Below, piece after piece: positions 10,200 to 19,118 of a DNA stretch of 64,000 nt (its first letter is position 1; each line of letters starts with the position of its first letter). Source of the DNA: an uncultured delta proteobacterium (lineage in GTDB: Bacteria; Desulfobacterota; Binatia; Binatales; Binataceae); the NCBI GenBank assembly GCA_963851325.1, contig CAWKOR010000002.1:263289-327288 (forward strand). The letters run 5' to 3'. The position numbers and the translations under genes are program-made. Below the pieces are notes generated by a model. It was not told the origin of the DNA, searched no databases, and worked only from the letters and a program-made list of their open reading frames with translations.

Positions 10200-10388
10200 C
10201 TATGCGGCATTCAGTGAATTGGTGACGGTGGTGATCAGGCCGTTGATGCCGGTTTCGAGGCCCTGGTAGGCGATGTAGCCCGCCACTGCGATCGCGGCGA
10301 TAATCAGCACATACTCGGTCATGGTCTGGCCGCGCTGACTGCGTTTGGTTTCGACGATTCGGGTGCAGATTGTGGTTAGAAAACTCAT
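10200..10388 (-). CDS. flp: Flp/Fap-family prepilin
   Basis: 62 aa. A leader ending ...SQRG is followed by QTMTEYVLIIAAIAVAGYIAYQGL, which fits the G/XXXXEY TadV cleavage motif plus a hydrophobic pilin core. It is the first gene of the tad operon. Confidence 0.75.
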   Translation of the reverse strand: MSFLTTICTRIVETKRSQRGQTMTEYVLIIAAIAVAGYIAYQGLETGINGLITTVTNSLNAA

Positions 10389-10474
10389 GCGTATCTCCTT
10401 CGAAATTCTTTTCCACCATCATCACCGCGTTTACTTCTGGCAACTGGATGTGATGGAGGTTCAAGCGGGAGATG

Positions 10475-10490
10475 TGCACGTCGCGTGCCA
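10475..10490 (-). promoter_or_regulatory. Candidate sigma-54 (-24/-12) promoter for flp
   Basis: The minus strand reads TGGCAC-GCGAC-GTGCA, with GG and GC at the canonical spacing of the TGGCAC-N5-TTGCW consensus. It lies ~85-100 nt upstream of the flp ATG. Sigma-54 activators are encoded at both ends of the region. Confidence 0.45.
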
Positions 10491-10533
10491 CCCGGGCTGG
10501 TCGGTCGTTAACACCGCCGCGTCCGGGAGCCCT

Positions 10534-10654
10534 TCTCAAAGTGGGACAGCCTTACGATTGGCGACGTTGGAGTTAGAGTCGTCACGAGCTGACGAGTTAC
10601 TCGCGGCGTTGGGCTCGATGCGATTGGGACCGCACGATGATTCCCACTTTGAGA
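10534..10654. promoter_or_regulatory. Pair of perfect 13-bp inverted-repeat arms (tctcaaagtggga / tcccactttgaga) 95 bp apart, upstream of the flp sigma-54 promoter; candidate enhancer (UAS) sites
   Basis: Arms at 10534-10546 and 10642-10654 are exact reverse complements. They lie ~55 and ~165 bp upstream of the -24 element, the usual range for EBP binding sites. Confidence 0.3.
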
Positions 10655-10793
10655 CGTTCCGTCCCAAGCGCGTCGCTCAAAGGTCGTCGCGTTGCGGGGC
10701 ATCGCGGACCGAGACATCGCCCATCGCCAGGCTTGCCAATTTGGGCACAGGGCGTCAGACTTTAGGTGTGGGCGGGGATCGAGGTACGCATGG

Positions 10794-11693
10794 ATGCGCA
10801 ATCGCAATGATTCCCGTTTTCTTAAGACGGCGCGGAGCGCGCTCGCGCTATCCGCAATCCCAGCGATCGTTGTCCTAGTCTCCGGATGTGCACCGACGGC
10901 ATTGTCGTCGGCACGTCAGAAAATGGCGGCCGGCCAGTACGCGGCAGCGCGCCAGGAGTTGCTCGCGATTCCGCTGGATACTCTTAGCGACTCGCAACGG
11001 ACCGAGGTCAAAGACGATCTTTGCTTTTCGGTCTTCATGCTCGGCGAACCGACCTACTCCTCCGGCGAGCAGCGCCGCGTATGCGCCGATGCCTCGAAGG
11101 AGCCGGGCAGCCAGAGCGCGCAGTTCGTCGAAAAGATCGACGATCGGATCCGCCGAACATCATCCGAGAAAGTCAACGCGGCCCTCGCCAGCGGCGACCT
11201 GGGCGGCGCGGAGCAGGCGGCGCAGGTATACGTGAACACTCCCGGCGCCGACCCGGCGGTGGTTACGCGCTGGTCACGGCAGATGTGGGGGCTGGTGAAT
11301 CAGCGCGATCATCGCACCGAAGCGCGTCATAAGAAGGAACTGGCGGCAGCCATCGCGGTGGTGCGCAAGCAGCATCCGGCGATGCGCAAAATGACCAACA
11401 ACCAGTTCGTGGTATGGGTTGCGCAGCAAGGCAGCGTGGCGGGGACCGCAATGTTTTCCTCGGTCGCGCTCAAAGACCAGCAGTTGGACCTCGCGATTCG
11501 AAAACAGGAGGTGCAAGTCGCCTCGCTCAAGCTCGATCGCCTTTCTGCAATCAATGATGCGACGATCGCCCGATGTGGCTGCGACGGGCGCACCAACGTT
11601 GGCCTTGCAGAAACCAACTTTCCGCTCTATCTGGTAAGACTCGACCCTGAAACCCAGCGATCGGAAGTGTTGATTCTGCCGCATCGCCAATAG
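10794..11693 (+). CDS. Hypothetical lipoprotein
   Basis: The ORF 10692..11693 has an internal start MRNRNDSRFLKTARSALALSAIPAIVVLVSGC with a lipobox (LVSGC) and a GAGGT RBS 8 nt upstream of the ATG at 10794. No recognisable catalytic motifs. Confidence 0.6.
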   Translation: MRNRNDSRFLKTARSALALSAIPAIVVLVSGCAPTALSSARQKMAAGQYAAARQELLAIPLDTLSDSQRTEVKDDLCFSVFMLGEPTYSSGEQRRVCADASKEPGSQSAQFVEKIDDRIRRTSSEKVNAALASGDLGGAEQAAQVYVNTPGADPAVVTRWSRQMWGLVNQRDHRTEARHKKELAAAIAVVRKQHPAMRKMTNNQFVVWVAQQGSVAGTAMFSSVALKDQQLDLAIRKQEVQVASLKLDRLSAINDATIARCGCDGRTNVGLAETNFPLYLVRLDPETQRSEVLILPHRQ

Positions 11694-11730
11694 ACCGCGT
11701 CGCCCGCGACGCATTTGGTGGGAGAACGTC

Positions 11731-12615
11731 ATGGCCAGTGCCGAGCTCAATAAGGTTCTCGAACTCCTCAAGTCGCAACCACGAAATCCCGATGCCACGG
11801 TGGCCCAGATGCGCGCCGGAATGGAACGGGTGAGCGAACATGTCGCCCGCGATGTGACCTGCGAGGGTTTCCGTATCGGCGACGTCGCCGCTGAATGGAT
11901 CGTTCCACCCGAAGCGGCACCCGATCGCGTCATTCTCTATCTCCATGGCGGCGGATACGTGATGGGCTCGATCGCGACGCATCGCGCGACCGTGGCTCGA
12001 ATCGCGCGCGCGGCGAAAGCTCGTGCGCTCGCCATCGAGTATCGGCTGGCCCCCGAGCATCAGTTCCCGGCCGCGGTCGACGACTCCGTGGCGGCCTACA
12101 AGTGGCTGCTCGCGCAAGGCTACAAGCCGGGTAAAATCGTTATCGCCGGTGACTCCGCGGGCGGCGGTTTGACTTTGGCGACGCTGCTGGCGATCCGCGA
12201 CGGCAAGATGCCGATGGCGGCCGCCGGAGTGGCGATCTCTCCATGGGCCGACCTGGAGGGAACCGGCGCTTCGCACCAGACCCGCGCGCAGCGGGATCCG
12301 ATGGTCGGGAAAAGCAACCTGGGGCCGATGGCGAAGCATTACATCGGCACACAGGATCCGAAGCATCCCCTGGCGTCGCCGATTCATGCCGACTATCACG
12401 GTCTGCCACCATTGTTGATCCAGGTTGGTGATGCGGAAACGCTGCTCGACGATTCGACGCGGGTTGCCTCGCGCGCGAAGGCGGCCGGGGTCAAAGTCGA
12501 TCTCGAAGTGTGGGACGACATGGTTCATGTGTGGCATGCGTTCGCCAAGATACTGCCCGAGGGACAACAGGCGATCGAAAAGATCGGAAAATTCGTGCTT
12601 GCGCAGACCCCCTGA
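11731..12615 (+). CDS. Alpha/beta-hydrolase esterase/lipase (hormone-sensitive-lipase-like family)
   Basis: 294 aa with an HGGG oxyanion motif (ILYLHGGGYVMGS), the nucleophile elbow GDSAGG, and C-terminal catalytic Asp/His (DDMVHVWH). Confidence 0.85.
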   Translation: MASAELNKVLELLKSQPRNPDATVAQMRAGMERVSEHVARDVTCEGFRIGDVAAEWIVPPEAAPDRVILYLHGGGYVMGSIATHRATVARIARAAKARALAIEYRLAPEHQFPAAVDDSVAAYKWLLAQGYKPGKIVIAGDSAGGGLTLATLLAIRDGKMPMAAAGVAISPWADLEGTGASHQTRAQRDPMVGKSNLGPMAKHYIGTQDPKHPLASPIHADYHGLPPLLIQVGDAETLLDDSTRVASRAKAAGVKVDLEVWDDMVHVWHAFAKILPEGQQAIEKIGKFVLAQTP

Positions 12616-12748
12616 ATCGAACGCTGCGGGCCCGGTGTTTGGATCGCACGCCGCGCCCTTGGTTGCCGGAACTGCTGTCGCAGGCCTAAGATAAATAATT
12701 CGATCTTAGCGGTGCGCTTTCGTCTGAGCGCGCCTCCTGTGAATCCCG

Positions 12749-14239
12749 ATGGCTAGATCCGAGCGCATAGCAGTTTCTCCAATCACCAACGGCAGGCACA
12801 TCGGCGACGTGCTTAACGGACGCAAATTGGTCGTGATGTCCAATCGCGCGCCGATTAAGGTGGTACGCGAGGGCCGCGAGGAGCGCATCGAGCCGACCGT
12901 GGGCGGGGTCGGAACCACTTTTTTGCGCCTGCTCGAACATCATGGCGGACTTTGGATCGCATGGAATGGTGGACAAAACATTCCCTCGCGCCTTTCGCTG
13001 CCTGCCGATCATCCCCGCTTCGATCTTACCTTCGTCGAATTAAGCGATCGCGATGTATCGCAGTACTACCACGGACTGTGCAATCGGGCGCTGTGGCCGT
13101 TGATGCATTTCATGATTTCCAACTGCCATTTTAATGTCGGTCAATGGCGGCAGTATCGCGCCGTCAATGAGTTGTTTGCCACCACGGCGAGCGAGCAGGC
13201 CGGCAATGGCGATGCGCTATGGATTCAGGATTTCCATCTTGCGCTGACGCCACGAATCATCCACGCGCGTCGCAAAGATCTCGCAATTGGAATGTTCTGG
13301 CACGTACCGTTTCCGCCGGTCGAGCTCTACCGCATATTCCCATGGCGGCGGGAACTTTTGATGGGCATGCTGGGCAGCGATCTGATCGGTTTCCATTGCG
13401 ATTCCTATGTCACCCATTTTCTCAATTCGTGCCGGCGGGTGCTGGGCGCGCAAGTCGATCCGGAGCGCGGCGAAGTCTACTTTGAAGGACGAACCTCGCG
13501 GGTCGCGGCCTTTCCACTCGGGATTCCGGTCGACTATTTCGAGAACCTCGCCGCCAGCTCCCGCACCCAGCAAAAGAGCGCACGCATTCGGCGCGGACTC
13601 CGCAGCGAAGTAGTGGTGCTTGGCGTCGATCGCCTCGACTACACCAAGGGGATCCTCGAGCGGCTACTCGGCTTCGAGCGCTTTCTGGAACGCAATCCCA
13701 ACTACCATCGCCGCGTAACCCTGGTGCTCATCGCAGTGCCCTCGCGCACCAAAGTCACCGAGTATGCGGCGCTCAAGCGTCAGCTCGACGAGGCGGTCGG
13801 GCGCGTGGTAGGCAGATTTTCCTCCGACGGATGGGTGCCGATCCGATACCTCTACACTCAGTTCGGCGCCGAAGACCTGGTCGCTTACTATCAGGCCGCC
13901 GATGTCGCGCTGCTGACTCCGCTGCGCGATGGGATGAACCTGGTGGCAAAGGAATTCGTCGCCTCGCATCCCGCCGATGACGCGGTCTTGATACTGAGCG
14001 AGTTCGCCGGCGCCGCGGAAGAGCTGACCGATGCGCTGCTGGTGAATCCCTACAACCCCGACGCGATCGCGGATCGCATTCGAGAGGCGTTGGAAATGCG
14101 CCCCGAATCGCGCGCCCAACGAATGCGCGCGCTCCGCGAGAAGATCCGCCACAACAACCTCGAGCGATGGTCGGCAAATTTCCTGAGCGCGCTCACGACG
14201 GAGACTGCCCTTGAGCCGCGAAGCATCGCGCAAGCCTGA
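12749..14239 (+). CDS. otsA: Alpha,alpha-trehalose-phosphate synthase (UDP-forming) OtsA
   Basis: 496 aa GT20-family; [10 protein letters not shown]-terminal motif, HDYHL-like WIQDFHLAL and C-terminal GMNLVAKEF. The start may instead be the internal Met at ~12836. Confidence 0.9.
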   Translation: MARSERIAVSPITNGRHIGDVLNGRKLVVMSNRAPIKVVREGREERIEPTVGGVGTTFLRLLEHHGGLWIAWNGGQNIPSRLSLPADHPRFDLTFVELSDRDVSQYYHGLCNRALWPLMHFMISNCHFNVGQWRQYRAVNELFATTASEQAGNGDALWIQDFHLALTPRIIHARRKDLAIGMFWHVPFPPVELYRIFPWRRELLMGMLGSDLIGFHCDSYVTHFLNSCRRVLGAQVDPERGEVYFEGRTSRVAAFPLGIPVDYFENLAASSRTQQKSARIRRGLRSEVVVLGVDRLDYTKGILERLLGFERFLERNPNYHRRVTLVLIAVPSRTKVTEYAALKRQLDEAVGRVVGRFSSDGWVPIRYLYTQFGAEDLVAYYQAADVALLTPLRDGMNLVAKEFVASHPADDAVLILSEFAGAAEELTDALLVNPYNPDAIADRIREALEMRPESRAQRMRALREKIRHNNLERWSANFLSALTTETALEPRSIAQA

Positions 14240-15035
14240 ACCTGCCCAGATACCCGTCCCGCTGCCGCCCGGACTGATCGCCGACCAACTCGCGCAAGGC
14301 CGCATGCTGCTATGCCTCGACTTTGACGGCACTCTCGCGGAACTCACCAATGATCCATGGAAGGCATTCCCGCTACCGCGCGCCAAAAACGCGATCGCCG
14401 AGTTGACTCGCTATCCTGAAAAACTCACCCTCGCGATAATCAGCGGGCGCGACCTCGACACCTTGCTCGGGCTGCTCGGCCTGCGCGACGGACTTCTTTT
14501 CGCAGGCACTCATGGACTGGAGTTCATCGGACTCGACGGACAGCGCCGATTCGCAGCAGGCGTCGATCGATGTTCGAAAGACATCGAGCTGGTGCGCGAG
14601 TTCGTCGCGCGATCGATTCCGCGCGATCTAGGGTTCATCGTCGAAGACAAGGGCGTCGCGCTTACCGTCAATTACCGCAACGCCAAACCGGACGACGCGC
14701 ACCAGATATTGGCCAGGTTTGACGATTTCGTGGGCCAGCGTCCGACGCTGCGATTGCTGCATGGAAAGATGATTCACGAGGCGGTTCCGCGCGGCATCGG
14801 CGGCAAGGGCGAAGCGCTGGAATTTTTCATCCGCGACTCCGGCGTTCCGGGACCTCGCACGACCTACTTCGGGGATGACATCACCGATGAAGATGCGTTT
14901 CGCGAGCTGGCGGCGCATCACGGAATTGGAGTGTTGGTGGGAGCCGCGCGGGCGAGCTTCGCCCGCTACCGGGTCGAGGCGCCCGCGAATGTGGCGGAGC
15001 TCCTCGAGCAACTGGCAGCCCTCGCACGAAGCTGA
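14211..15035 (+). CDS. otsB: Trehalose-6-phosphate phosphatase OtsB (HAD family)
   Basis: 274 aa with HAD motif I LCLDFDGTLAE and a C-terminal GDDITDEDAF motif. It overlaps the otsA 3' end (a translationally coupled pair). Confidence 0.85.
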   Translation: MSREASRKPEPAQIPVPLPPGLIADQLAQGRMLLCLDFDGTLAELTNDPWKAFPLPRAKNAIAELTRYPEKLTLAIISGRDLDTLLGLLGLRDGLLFAGTHGLEFIGLDGQRRFAAGVDRCSKDIELVREFVARSIPRDLGFIVEDKGVALTVNYRNAKPDDAHQILARFDDFVGQRPTLRLLHGKMIHEAVPRGIGGKGEALEFFIRDSGVPGPRTTYFGDDITDEDAFRELAAHHGIGVLVGAARASFARYRVEAPANVAELLEQLAALARS

Positions 15036-15152
15036 TTTACGCGGTGCCAGTCGACCACTCGCAATTCTGTTGGGTGCGGTTCCGTTCCTCTTTTGTGTAA
15101 GGAAGATGAAACGATGCTCCGGCAGAGGGTCCCTTAATGCCGATGACTTCGG

Positions 15153-15548
15153 CTACGACAATGCGCGGTCGATGGCGCCGAGAACATCCTGCAGCTTCAT
15201 TTCCGCGGTGAAGATTCCGATCACCCCCAGGTCCAGCAGAACCTGCCGGTCTTCCTTCGGAATCGTGCCGCCAATAAAAATCTTGATCTGCTCGCCGTCA
15301 AGTTTCTTCAGCCACTCGATGGTTTCCGCGACCAGCTCCAAATGCGCACCCGACAGCAGGCTCAGCCCAATCGCATCAACGTCCTCGTCGATGGCGACGC
15401 GCGCGATATACTCCGGGGTTTTACGCAAGCCGGTGTAAATCACCTCGGCGCCGGCGTCGCGCAGCGCCAGCACGATAATCTTCGCGCCGGCATCGTGACC
15501 ATCCAGTCCCGGCTTCGCGACCAGGATTCTCTTGCGCTGAAGGCTCAT
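15153..15548 (-). CDS. Methylmalonyl-CoA mutase-type B12-binding small subunit
   Basis: The ORF 15153..15584 has an internal Met giving MSLQRKRILVAKPGLDGHDAGAKIIVLAL... (the DxHxxG cobalamin-binding motif within GLDGHD) and a Rossmann-like B12-binding domain. It sits immediately downstream of the large subunit. Confidence 0.8.
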   Translation of the reverse strand: MSLQRKRILVAKPGLDGHDAGAKIIVLALRDAGAEVIYTGLRKTPEYIARVAIDEDVDAIGLSLLSGAHLELVAETIEWLKKLDGEQIKIFIGGTIPKEDRQVLLDLGVIGIFTAEMKLQDVLGAIDRALS

Positions 15549-15550
15549 GC

Positions 15551-17170
15551 CTATAGACCGGTGGGCTCGCGGAATTCTCCCCAATGCTTCTTCAGCGTCG
15601 CCACCATCTCGCCGACCGTCGCATATGAATGACAGCAGTCCACGATATAGGGCATCAGGTTCTCGCGATCGGTCCTCGCCGCGTCATTCAACCGCGCGAG
15701 GTTGCGTTCGACCGCTCGATTATCGCGGCTGTCGCGGACCTCATTGAACTTCGCGACGATGTTCTGCGCGGTCTTCGGATCCATCCGAAACAGTTCGCGC
15801 ACGCCGCCGGTCTCGTCGCCGTTGTGACTTTCACGCTGATACTTATTGACGCCTACCACCACGCGCACACCCGCATCCAACAGCTCCTTGCGCTGGCGGG
15901 CCCGCTCGGCGATGCGGCGCTGGATGTACCCTTGCTCGATCGCCTTGATGACGCCGCCGTAATCGTCGACCTCGCGCATCACGCGAACGATCTCTTCCTC
16001 CATCTTGTCGGTGAGATATTCGACGTAGTGGCTTCCCCCGAGCGCATCGACGGTTTGCGCGATTCCGCTCTCATCCGCGATGACCTGCTGCGTGCGCAGC
16101 GCGATTTCCGCGCTCTCCTCGGTGGGAATCTGAAACGCCTCATCATACGCAGCGGTGAAGATCGATTGCGCACCGCCCATCACCGCCGCCATCGTTTCGA
16201 TCGCAACCCGCACGATATTGTTGTAGGGCTGCGCCGCGGTCAGCGAGGCCCCGCCGCATACCACACCGAAGCGGAACAGGCAGCTCCTGGGATCGGACGC
16301 GCCGTAGCGCTCCTTCATGAGGCGCGCCCAGATGCGTCTACCCGCGCGAAACTTGCACACCTCCTCGAAGAAGTCGGTGTGGACATAGAAGAAGAAACTC
16401 AGCCGGCCGGCGAAGCTGTTCAGGTCCGCGCCGCGCGCCAGCAACTCATCGACATAGGCGAGGCCGTTGGCCAGGGTGAACGCCATCTCCTCGACGGCGT
16501 TGCATCCCGCGTCGCGCACGTGCGCGCCCGCGATGCTGATGGGATTAAATCGCGGCGTCTGCGTGTTGGCATAAAGGATGGAGTCAGCAACCAGCCGCAT
16601 CGACGGTCGCACCGGAAAAATCCACGTCCCACGCGCGACGAATTCTTTCAGGATGTCGTTCTGGATGGTGCCGGTCAGCTTCGCACGGGGCACACCCGCC
16701 TTATCCGCGGTCGCGAGGTACATTGCATAGATGATCGCGGCGGTGCCGTTGATGGTGAAGGAAGTGGAAATCTTCGCGAGGTCGATTCCTTTGAAGAGAA
16801 TCTCCATCTCGCGCAAATTCGACAGCGACACCCCGACCTTCCCGACTTCGGGCCGCGCCATCGCATCGATCGGGTCGTAGCCGCATTGGGTCGGCAGATC
16901 GAGCGCAACCGAGAGTCCGGTCTGTCCCTGTTCGAGGAGGAATTTGTAGCGCTGGTTGGATTCCTCGGGAGTCCCGAAGCCTGAATACTGGCGCATCGTC
17001 CACAAACGCCCGAGGTAGCCGTCGGGAAAGATCCCCCGCGTATAGGGATACTCACCCGGCATCTCGGCGATACGATGATGCATCTCCTCGGTCGCGACCG
17101 CAGGAATTTCGATTCCGGAAGGAGTGGTCCGTTTTCGCTCGTCATTATTAGGCTTCGAAGACGCCTTCAT
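15551..17170 (-). CDS. Methylmalonyl-CoA mutase-type catalytic (large) subunit, split-gene form
   Basis: 539-aa TIM-barrel acyl-CoA mutase domain (TMRQYSGFGTPEESNQRYK..., TIQNDILKEFVARGTWIFP). It carries the Tyr and Arg at the positions that distinguish MCM from isobutyryl-CoA mutase (Phe/Gln). Confidence 0.9.
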   Translation of the reverse strand: MKASSKPNNDERKRTTPSGIEIPAVATEEMHHRIAEMPGEYPYTRGIFPDGYLGRLWTMRQYSGFGTPEESNQRYKFLLEQGQTGLSVALDLPTQCGYDPIDAMARPEVGKVGVSLSNLREMEILFKGIDLAKISTSFTINGTAAIIYAMYLATADKAGVPRAKLTGTIQNDILKEFVARGTWIFPVRPSMRLVADSILYANTQTPRFNPISIAGAHVRDAGCNAVEEMAFTLANGLAYVDELLARGADLNSFAGRLSFFFYVHTDFFEEVCKFRAGRRIWARLMKERYGASDPRSCLFRFGVVCGGASLTAAQPYNNIVRVAIETMAAVMGGAQSIFTAAYDEAFQIPTEESAEIALRTQQVIADESGIAQTVDALGGSHYVEYLTDKMEEEIVRVMREVDDYGGVIKAIEQGYIQRRIAERARQRKELLDAGVRVVVGVNKYQRESHNGDETGGVRELFRMDPKTAQNIVAKFNEVRDSRDNRAVERNLARLNDAARTDRENLMPYIVDCCHSYATVGEMVATLKKHWGEFREPTGL

Positions 17171-17284
17171 CCTGAAATTTTCCTCGACTGCGCTCCATCC
17201 ACAATGAATTCTGATCTAGCATCTTTCCGGTGAATTCGTACAAGCCAATCTCCGGCGCTGGAGTCTCAACTGGCCCTATGCAAG

Positions 17285-17819
17285 TTGTTTCCGGACCTCA
17301 GGGCCGCGAGCGAGTTCATTTTCAGGCGCCGCCCGCTGGCAGGCATCGAGGCTGAAATGGAGGCCTTCCTTGCGTGGTTCAATCAATCGCAGGCAATCGA
17401 CGGTATCATTCGCGCTGCGGTTGCTCACCTGTGGTTTGTGACCATCCATCCATTCGATGACGGCAATGGAAGAATAGCCCGGGCACTCGCCGAAATGAGC
17501 CTCGCCCGTTCGGAAAACTCAACGCAGCGTTTCTACAGCCTTTCAGGTCAGATCCGCCGCGATCGCGCGGAGTTACTACGGCTCGTTGGAAGGCACGCAA
17601 AAAGGCGACCTCGACATCACCGCACGGCTGCTCTGGTTCGCGGAGTGCCTTTCCAAAGCTTTGGACGCAGCCGAAGAGGCTTGTGACGGAGTCTTGCGCA
17701 AGGCGGACTTTTGGCAGCGCCATGCGCTGAGCGCTCTCAACGTCGGTGGGAACAAGAACACCAGCTACGCGCTCGTGGAACCGCGGCCTGATGGTTCTAC
17801 GCTTTCCACTTCGAGGTGA
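17285..17819 (+). pseudogene. Fic/Doc-family (AMPylation-domain) gene remnant: N-terminally truncated and frameshifted
   Basis: ORF 17285..17686 contains the Fic motif HPFDDGNGRIARAL but starts about 110 nt after the mcm gene with no upstream domain. The conserved C-terminal continuation (GDLDITARLLWFAECLSKALDAAEEA...) is in another frame (ORF 17586..17819), which implies a frameshift near 17575-17590. Confidence 0.6.
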
Positions 17820-18579
17820 TTTTCGCGGCCGCTGCCCAATGGTCCTCATGCACCCAGGTGTCGGCGAACATCCGTGTCTCGATGTCATTCAACTCGGCAC
17901 GCGGAACGCCGCTACGAACACCTTTTGCTACCGCCTTGAACGCTCGCAGCACCTGCGGTGATTGCTTCAGGACCGGCGCGACGAAGTCTTCGATGAGCTC
18001 GTCGAGCGACTGACCCTCCCGCGCAACCGCATCGACCAGGCCAAGGGCAGCCGCTTCCGTGCCGGAGAGCATATCGCCTCGGCACAGCAGCCCCAGCGCT
18101 CGCGAAGTCCCCACCAGCCGCATCAGATCGATACCGCCACCCCATGCGGTCGAGATGTTGAGGCGGCCCTGCACAAAGCCGATTCGCGCGTGCGCGGCCG
18201 CGATTCGAAAATCGCACGCGACCGCGAGTTCCGCCCCACCCCCCATCGCATCGCCATTGAGCGCCGCGACAACCGGAAGGGGAAATTGACGGATCTCCTC
18301 GAGCGAGGCCTTCGCATCACGGGCCATTTCTGCCGCGCCATCGAGGGTCGTGATCGAGGCGAGTTCGCGCAAATCGCCGCCCGCCGCGAAGCACTGCTCG
18401 CCCGCGCCGCGCAAAATCGCCACTCGCAGATCGGGATCGCTCATGTTCGAGGCGAATACTTCGGCTAGCGATCGAAGCACCTCGCCACTGAGCGCATTGC
18501 GTTTGTCGGGACGATTGATAGTGACTCGCAGCACACCGCCGCTCGACTCAACTTTCAGCTCTGGAGAATGGGCGCTCAT
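17797..18579 (-). CDS. Enoyl-CoA hydratase/isomerase family protein (likely methylglutaconyl-CoA hydratase of the leucine-catabolic cluster)
   Basis: 260-aa crotonase fold (oxyanion-hole AAGGDL and GGG/ALNG motifs). It sits downstream of the MCC alpha/beta genes on the same strand. Confidence 0.85.
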   Translation of the reverse strand: MSAHSPELKVESSGGVLRVTINRPDKRNALSGEVLRSLAEVFASNMSDPDLRVAILRGAGEQCFAAGGDLRELASITTLDGAAEMARDAKASLEEIRQFPLPVVAALNGDAMGGGAELAVACDFRIAAAHARIGFVQGRLNISTAWGGGIDLMRLVGTSRALGLLCRGDMLSGTEAAALGLVDAVAREGQSLDELIEDFVAPVLKQSPQVLRAFKAVAKGVRSGVPRAELNDIETRMFADTWVHEDHWAAAAKITSKWKA

Positions 18580-19118
18580 TGCTCGTCCGGTGCGGGCCCC
18601 AACTCGATCAGGGTCGCGCCGTGGTCAACGCGCTGGCCGACCTGCACGCATACGCGCTTGATGATGGCAGGACTTTCTGCGCTCAAGGTGGTTTCGGTCT
18701 TCATCGCTTCCAGCACGATCAGCGGATCGTTGGTCGCCACCTTCGCGCCTTCGCTCACCAGAATCTTCAGCACCGTACCCGGCATCGGCGCATCGATGGT
18801 CGGCGCAGTGAGGCCGGCATGACCCGCGCCGCGACGGGCCTCGACCACTTGATACTCCGCACTCATCGGGCCGGCGGCGACGAGAATCGAGTTCGCGCGC
18901 CTGCGGCCGGCGATGCGATAGCGGCGCCCGCCGACCACAAGCATGGCGCTTCCGTCAGCCAAGGTTTCCAGCGCAGCAGAAATTTCCTCGCCGTCAATGC
19001 GCGCGGTGAGGTCCGAATCGGAAACCGCCACGAGATCCACCTCGCGCTCGGAACCACCGCCGATCCGTTTGAATCTCAGCGGTGTTGCCATAGTTGAAAC
19101 CTTCCCAGCGTGCTCCAC
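18576..19118 (-). CDS. Biotin carboxyl carrier domain protein (C-terminal part of an MCC-alpha-like carboxylase)
   Basis: The C-terminus has the biotinyl-lysine region IVLEAMKTETTLSAESPAI (EAMK). It overlaps the upstream BC ORF by 43 nt in a different frame. Confidence 0.7.
   Translation of the reverse strand: MEHAGKVSTMATPLRFKRIGGGSEREVDLVAVSDSDLTARIDGEEISAALETLADGSAMLVVGGRRYRIAGRRRANSILVAAGPMSAEYQVVEARRGAGHAGLTAPTIDAPMPGTVLKILVSEGAKVATNDPLIVLEAMKTETTLSAESPAIIKRVCVQVGQRVDHGATLIELGPAPDEQ

Noticed and set aside
10153-10539. 128-aa minus-strand ORF overlapping flp
   Set aside because: It is in a different frame from the well-supported Flp prepilin, has His/Arg-rich junk composition, and spans the promoter region.
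15629-16984. 451-aa + strand ORF
   Set aside because: It is fully antisense to the well-supported mcm catalytic-subunit gene. The sequence is low-complexity and Arg/Ala/Gly-rich, typical of high-GC antisense frames, with no motifs.
15551-17170. Annotation as isobutyryl-CoA mutase (IcmA) because of the split-gene layout
   Set aside because: The substrate-specificity positions carry Tyr and Arg (MCM-type), not Phe/Gln (ICM) or Ile/Asp (HCM).
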